A stretch of DNA of 64,000 nt from Salpingoeca rosetta (lineage: Eukaryota > Protista > Choanoflagellata), in the NCBI GenBank assembly GCA_033442325.1, contig JAWQFM010000003.1:2023490-2087489 (forward strand). Direction: 5' to 3'. This document shows positions 62,751 through 64,000 of this stretch, piece by piece (position 1 is the first letter of the stretch; each line of letters opens with the position of its first letter). The position numbers and the translations under genes were made by a program. Below the pieces are notes generated by a model that saw nothing but the letters and a program-made list of their open reading frames with translations, ran no database searches and was not told the origin of the DNA.

Positions 62751-63789
62751 CTACTCGAGGGAGAGGGCGTGGAACCTGTCGAGCTCCTTGAGGGATGCGG
62801 CTAGATCTGGTCTGCTCATGATTCGACGCTCAACGGTGTGCTGCGACCGGCGCTTGATCTCATCTGATCGCTCCCGCAGAAACAACCACAGCTGCTCAAG
62901 CCCGTAGCTGTCCTCGTGTGGCTCGTTGCCAACAAGGTAGATGAAGTCGCGAAAGACGCGTTCACGATAGGTCGTGGACAGGCTGCCACGGAGAAACCTG
63001 TACAAACACTCAATTCCTTCGCGCTCGCCAGCGGTGTTGTCTTCCAGCGCAAGGTCCTTGAACATCTGATACATGTTGCGGTTGAACTTGTGCTGCAAGC
63101 GCGCCACCCAGAACTGGTACAGGCTGCTGACGAGTGGCGACCGACCGTACCCAAGCGCCTGTCGCTGCGCCAGCGCTCTGTCAAGAAACTTGAGGTACTT
63201 GTGGTAGAGGTAGTTCTGCAAGAGATCGTGCCCGTCCGTCACCTCGTCCGTGTCTTTGCTGCTGCGGAGTGCATATGACTGTGGTGCTGATGGCACACCC
63301 TGTGAGGATGCTGATGATACCGATGACGAGGGCGTCACGGTCGAGGTTGGTGGTGCTGTCGACTGCGATGCTGTCGAGGTGGTTGGCGTCGCGGTAGGGC
63401 GGCTGGAACGGCTGTCCTTCCGACGAGTGGTCCGAGCTTCCGTCACACCAACCCTTGTTGTTGTTGTTGTTGTTGCTGTTGTCGTCGTCGTTGCTCCTGA
63501 TGTTGTTGCTGCTGTCGTAGTCGCTGTTGTGGTCGCTACTACTGCTGCTGCTGCTGCTGTGGTTGAGCCAGTACCATCCACGGTGAGCGAGCGCACACCA
63601 TCGACAACCGCCTCCCCGGCATCGTCGTTGTGGTTCTCTTTGTGTGGCGGTGATGGTGATGGTGCCGGCTGGGGCTGGAGACACGATGGCACAAACGGCT
63701 CTGCATTGGCGTTGAGCGTGGATTGCTCCAGCCGCTGCTGAAGTTTCGTCATCTTCCGCGTCTGCGGTTTTGATTTGCGAGGCCGCGAC
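62751..63789 (-). CDS. Terminal exon of LARP1-like protein: PAM2 motif + DM15 repeats (upstream exons probably outside window)
   Basis: PAM2-like STLNANAEPFVP. DM15: LYQFW...KFNRNMYQMFKDLALED...GIECLYRF...VFRDF...YGLEQLWLFL. AG acceptor near 63790. Confidence 0.8.
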
Positions 63790-63932
63790 CTGAGAGAGAG
63801 AGAGAGTGTGTGTGTGTGTGTGATTATGTGTGTGTGTGATTGTGCGTGCATTGTGTGATGGGACGTGAATACCAAAATTGCTGGAAACTACAAGCATCTT
63901 GCACCCTTTGCTCCACGCTGACATCACGCACA

Positions 63933-63963
<31 letters not shown>

Positions 63964-64000
63964 GCATTCACACACACGCATACACACACACGTACACACG

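Overview
Eukaryotic, intron-dense genomic DNA with short GT-AG introns packed with (GT)n/(CA)n microsatellites and gene content typical of a unicellular holozoan. It is most consistent with a choanoflagellate such as Salpingoeca rosetta (inference). Most long ORFs in the track are microsatellite artefacts. Manual splicing supports about 14 protein-coding genes: the 3' end of a UDP-glucuronate 4-epimerase-like gene, an ER-resident ARMET_C/SAP protein, a myristoylated GMG-repeat protein, PRA1, a whirlin-like HHD-PDZ-PDZ-HHD-PDZ scaffold, PGM3, a PH + KHA/DCX-like protein with a tandem tyrosine-motif tail, a TTC6-like TPR protein, an intronless pogo/Tigger (CENP-B-like) transposase derivative lacking two catalytic Asp, PFKFB, an OSCA/TMEM63 channel with an extra Cys-rich ectodomain, a single-pass NPxY/ankyrin receptor that abuts a truncated PTB-adaptor gene, an SLF2/FAM178-like gene, and a divergent LARP1-type PAM2-DM15 exon. 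The most interesting points are the probable domesticated transposase, the NPxY receptor/PTB pair with its broken junction, whirlin, the phosphotyrosine docking protein, polarised complementary intron repeats, and an out-of-place ~280 bp segment in a PFKFB intron. All family assignments come from motif recognition by eye; no database searches were run.
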